The notes below the pieces were generated by a model. The model did not search any database and had not been told where the DNA came from. It saw only the letters and a program-made list of their open reading frames with translations. A DNA stretch of 64,000 nt, from NCBI GenBank assembly GCA_002296185.1, contig DBHM01000013.1, positions 5,273-69,272 of the forward strand, read 5' to 3'. This DNA comes from Alphaproteobacteria bacterium UBA828. GTDB taxonomy: Bacteria > Pseudomonadota > Alphaproteobacteria > UBA828. Below, one piece after another: positions 63,281-64,000 of the stretch. Both the position numbers and the translations under genes were made by a program. Positions within the stretch are counted from its first letter, which is position 1, and each line of letters begins with the position of its first letter.

Positions 63281-64000
63281 GTGATAAAAACTTCTGCCAC
63301 AGAAAATAATATAACGCTTGAGGCAAAAGAAGTTACTATACAGTTCGAAGGCCTAACAGCTGTAGAAACTGTAAATGAAAAACTTCATACTGGTGAAATC
63401 CTGGGACTTATTGGACCTAATGGTGCAGGAAAAACAACTCTTGTAAATGCACTTACAGGTTTTCAAATACCAACATCAGGGAAAGTTTTTTTAGGAAAAA
63501 AAGAAGTTTCAAACCTAACACCACATTGGTTCCGCAGGCATGGTGTCGCCAGAACATTTCAAGCTGGTAGATTATTCAGAGAAATGCCAATAAGTGAAAA
63601 CATTGAAGTAGCGGCAATAAGTATGGGCCTAGGCAGACGAAAAGCCCACGCGCATGCAATGGAACTTTTAGAATGGCTTGGATTAGCGGATAGAGCTAAG
63701 CTTCCCGCAGGTGTACTTCCATATACAGATGAAAGAAGAGTTGGTATAGGAAGGGCACTAGCAATGAAACCTAGTTTTGTTCTACTGGATGAACCCGCTG
63801 CTGGAATGTCAGACTTAGAATGTGATGAGATAATGAAGATTGTGAGTGAAATACCATCGCGTTTTGGGTGTGGAGTTTTATTAATTGAACATAATATGCG
63901 TGTAATTATGGGCGTTTGTGAACGTATCCATGTTTTGGATAGTGGAAAAACAATATCTCGTGGCACACCTCAAGAAGTACAAAAAGATCCCGCAGTAATT
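63281..64000 (+). CDS. ABC transporter ATP-binding protein (LivG-like), 3' end cut by window edge
   Basis: This ORF is not in the supplied track because it runs off the window. It has a GTG start behind GGGAGGGG. Walker A GLIGPNGAGKTT, Walker B VLLDEPAAGM, and H-loop LLIEHNM. Confidence 0.85.
   Translation, partial: MIKTSATENNITLEAKEVTIQFEGLTAVETVNEKLHTGEILGLIGPNGAGKTTLVNALTGFQIPTSGKVFLGKKEVSNLTPHWFRRHGVARTFQAGRLFREMPISENIEVAAISMGLGRRKAHAHAMELLEWLGLADRAKLPAGVLPYTDERRVGIGRALAMKPSFVLLDEPAAGMSDLECDEIMKIVSEIPSRFGCGVLLIEHNMRVIMGVCERIHVLDSGKTISRGTPQEVQKDPAVI

Noticed and set aside
63135-63326. 63-aa minus-strand ORF spanning the livG-like start and leader
   Set aside because: It overlaps the RBS and start of the ATPase gene and the terminator hairpin. 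It has no RBS and an implausible F/Y/I/L-rich sequence.
63559-63966. 135-aa minus-strand ORF near the window end
   Set aside because: It is antisense to the plus-strand frame that carries Walker A/B and H-loop motifs of a LivG-like ATPase (63281-64000). That CDS is missing from the track only because it runs off the window.
1-64000. CRISPR arrays, rRNA/tRNA genes, insertion sequences, prophage or integron features
   Set aside because: I found no regularly spaced repeats and no tRNA-like T-loop/acceptor pattern in intergenic regions. I also found no transposase/integrase-like ORFs or terminal inverted repeats. The only direct repeat is the 2 x 27 nt element at 63084-63141.

Overview
The window is AT-rich and very gene-dense, with about 57 intact CDSs, many 1-4 nt start/stop overlaps and short intergenic gaps. 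I found no rRNA, tRNA, CRISPR array, transposase, integrase or recognisable transcription-factor gene. Content is almost entirely catabolic and transport. The dominant feature is four divergent HyuA/HyuB (hydantoinase/oxoprolinase-family, ATP-dependent) gene pairs, each in a different operon context. Set 1 sits with a PotABCD-type ABC importer. Set 2 converges on an NTF2-like/isochorismatase-like/MDR-dehydrogenase operon. Set 3 sits with an enolase-superfamily enzyme, a 90-aa acetone-carboxylase-gamma-like Cys-rich protein and an isochorismatase-like hydrolase. Set 4 sits with an LLM flavin monooxygenase and an SDR, in inverted B->A order. Around these are repeated families:
- 3 isochorismatase-like cysteine hydrolases and 2 amidase-signature amidases, one preceded by a GatC/AtzG-like 67-aa ORF
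- 2 CaiB/BaiF CoA-transferases and 2 MmgE/PrpD proteins
- 2 crotonases and 4 SDRs
- 2 carboxymuconolactone-decarboxylase-family proteins

Single-copy genes include an acyl-CoA dehydrogenase, a MaoC dehydratase, an APH-type kinase, an HMG-CoA-lyase-like and an isocitrate-lyase-family lyase. Others are an ADP-forming acyl-CoA synthetase, a fused E1 alpha-beta TPP enzyme with no E2/E3, an orphan CoxD/CoxE (MoxR-VWA) pair, hisI and a HisN-like phosphatase. My best candidate for an undescribed system is the set of HyuAB-centred modules, especially the five-gene operon at 37196-43306. The island as a whole looks like a toolkit for ATP-driven opening of cyclic amides/ureides, deamidation, and CoA-dependent carbon processing. 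Non-coding signals include terminator-like hairpins just upstream of the RBS of two ABC-ATPase genes and a tandem 27-nt repeat in one leader. All functional calls come from reading motifs by eye. No database search or computation was possible.
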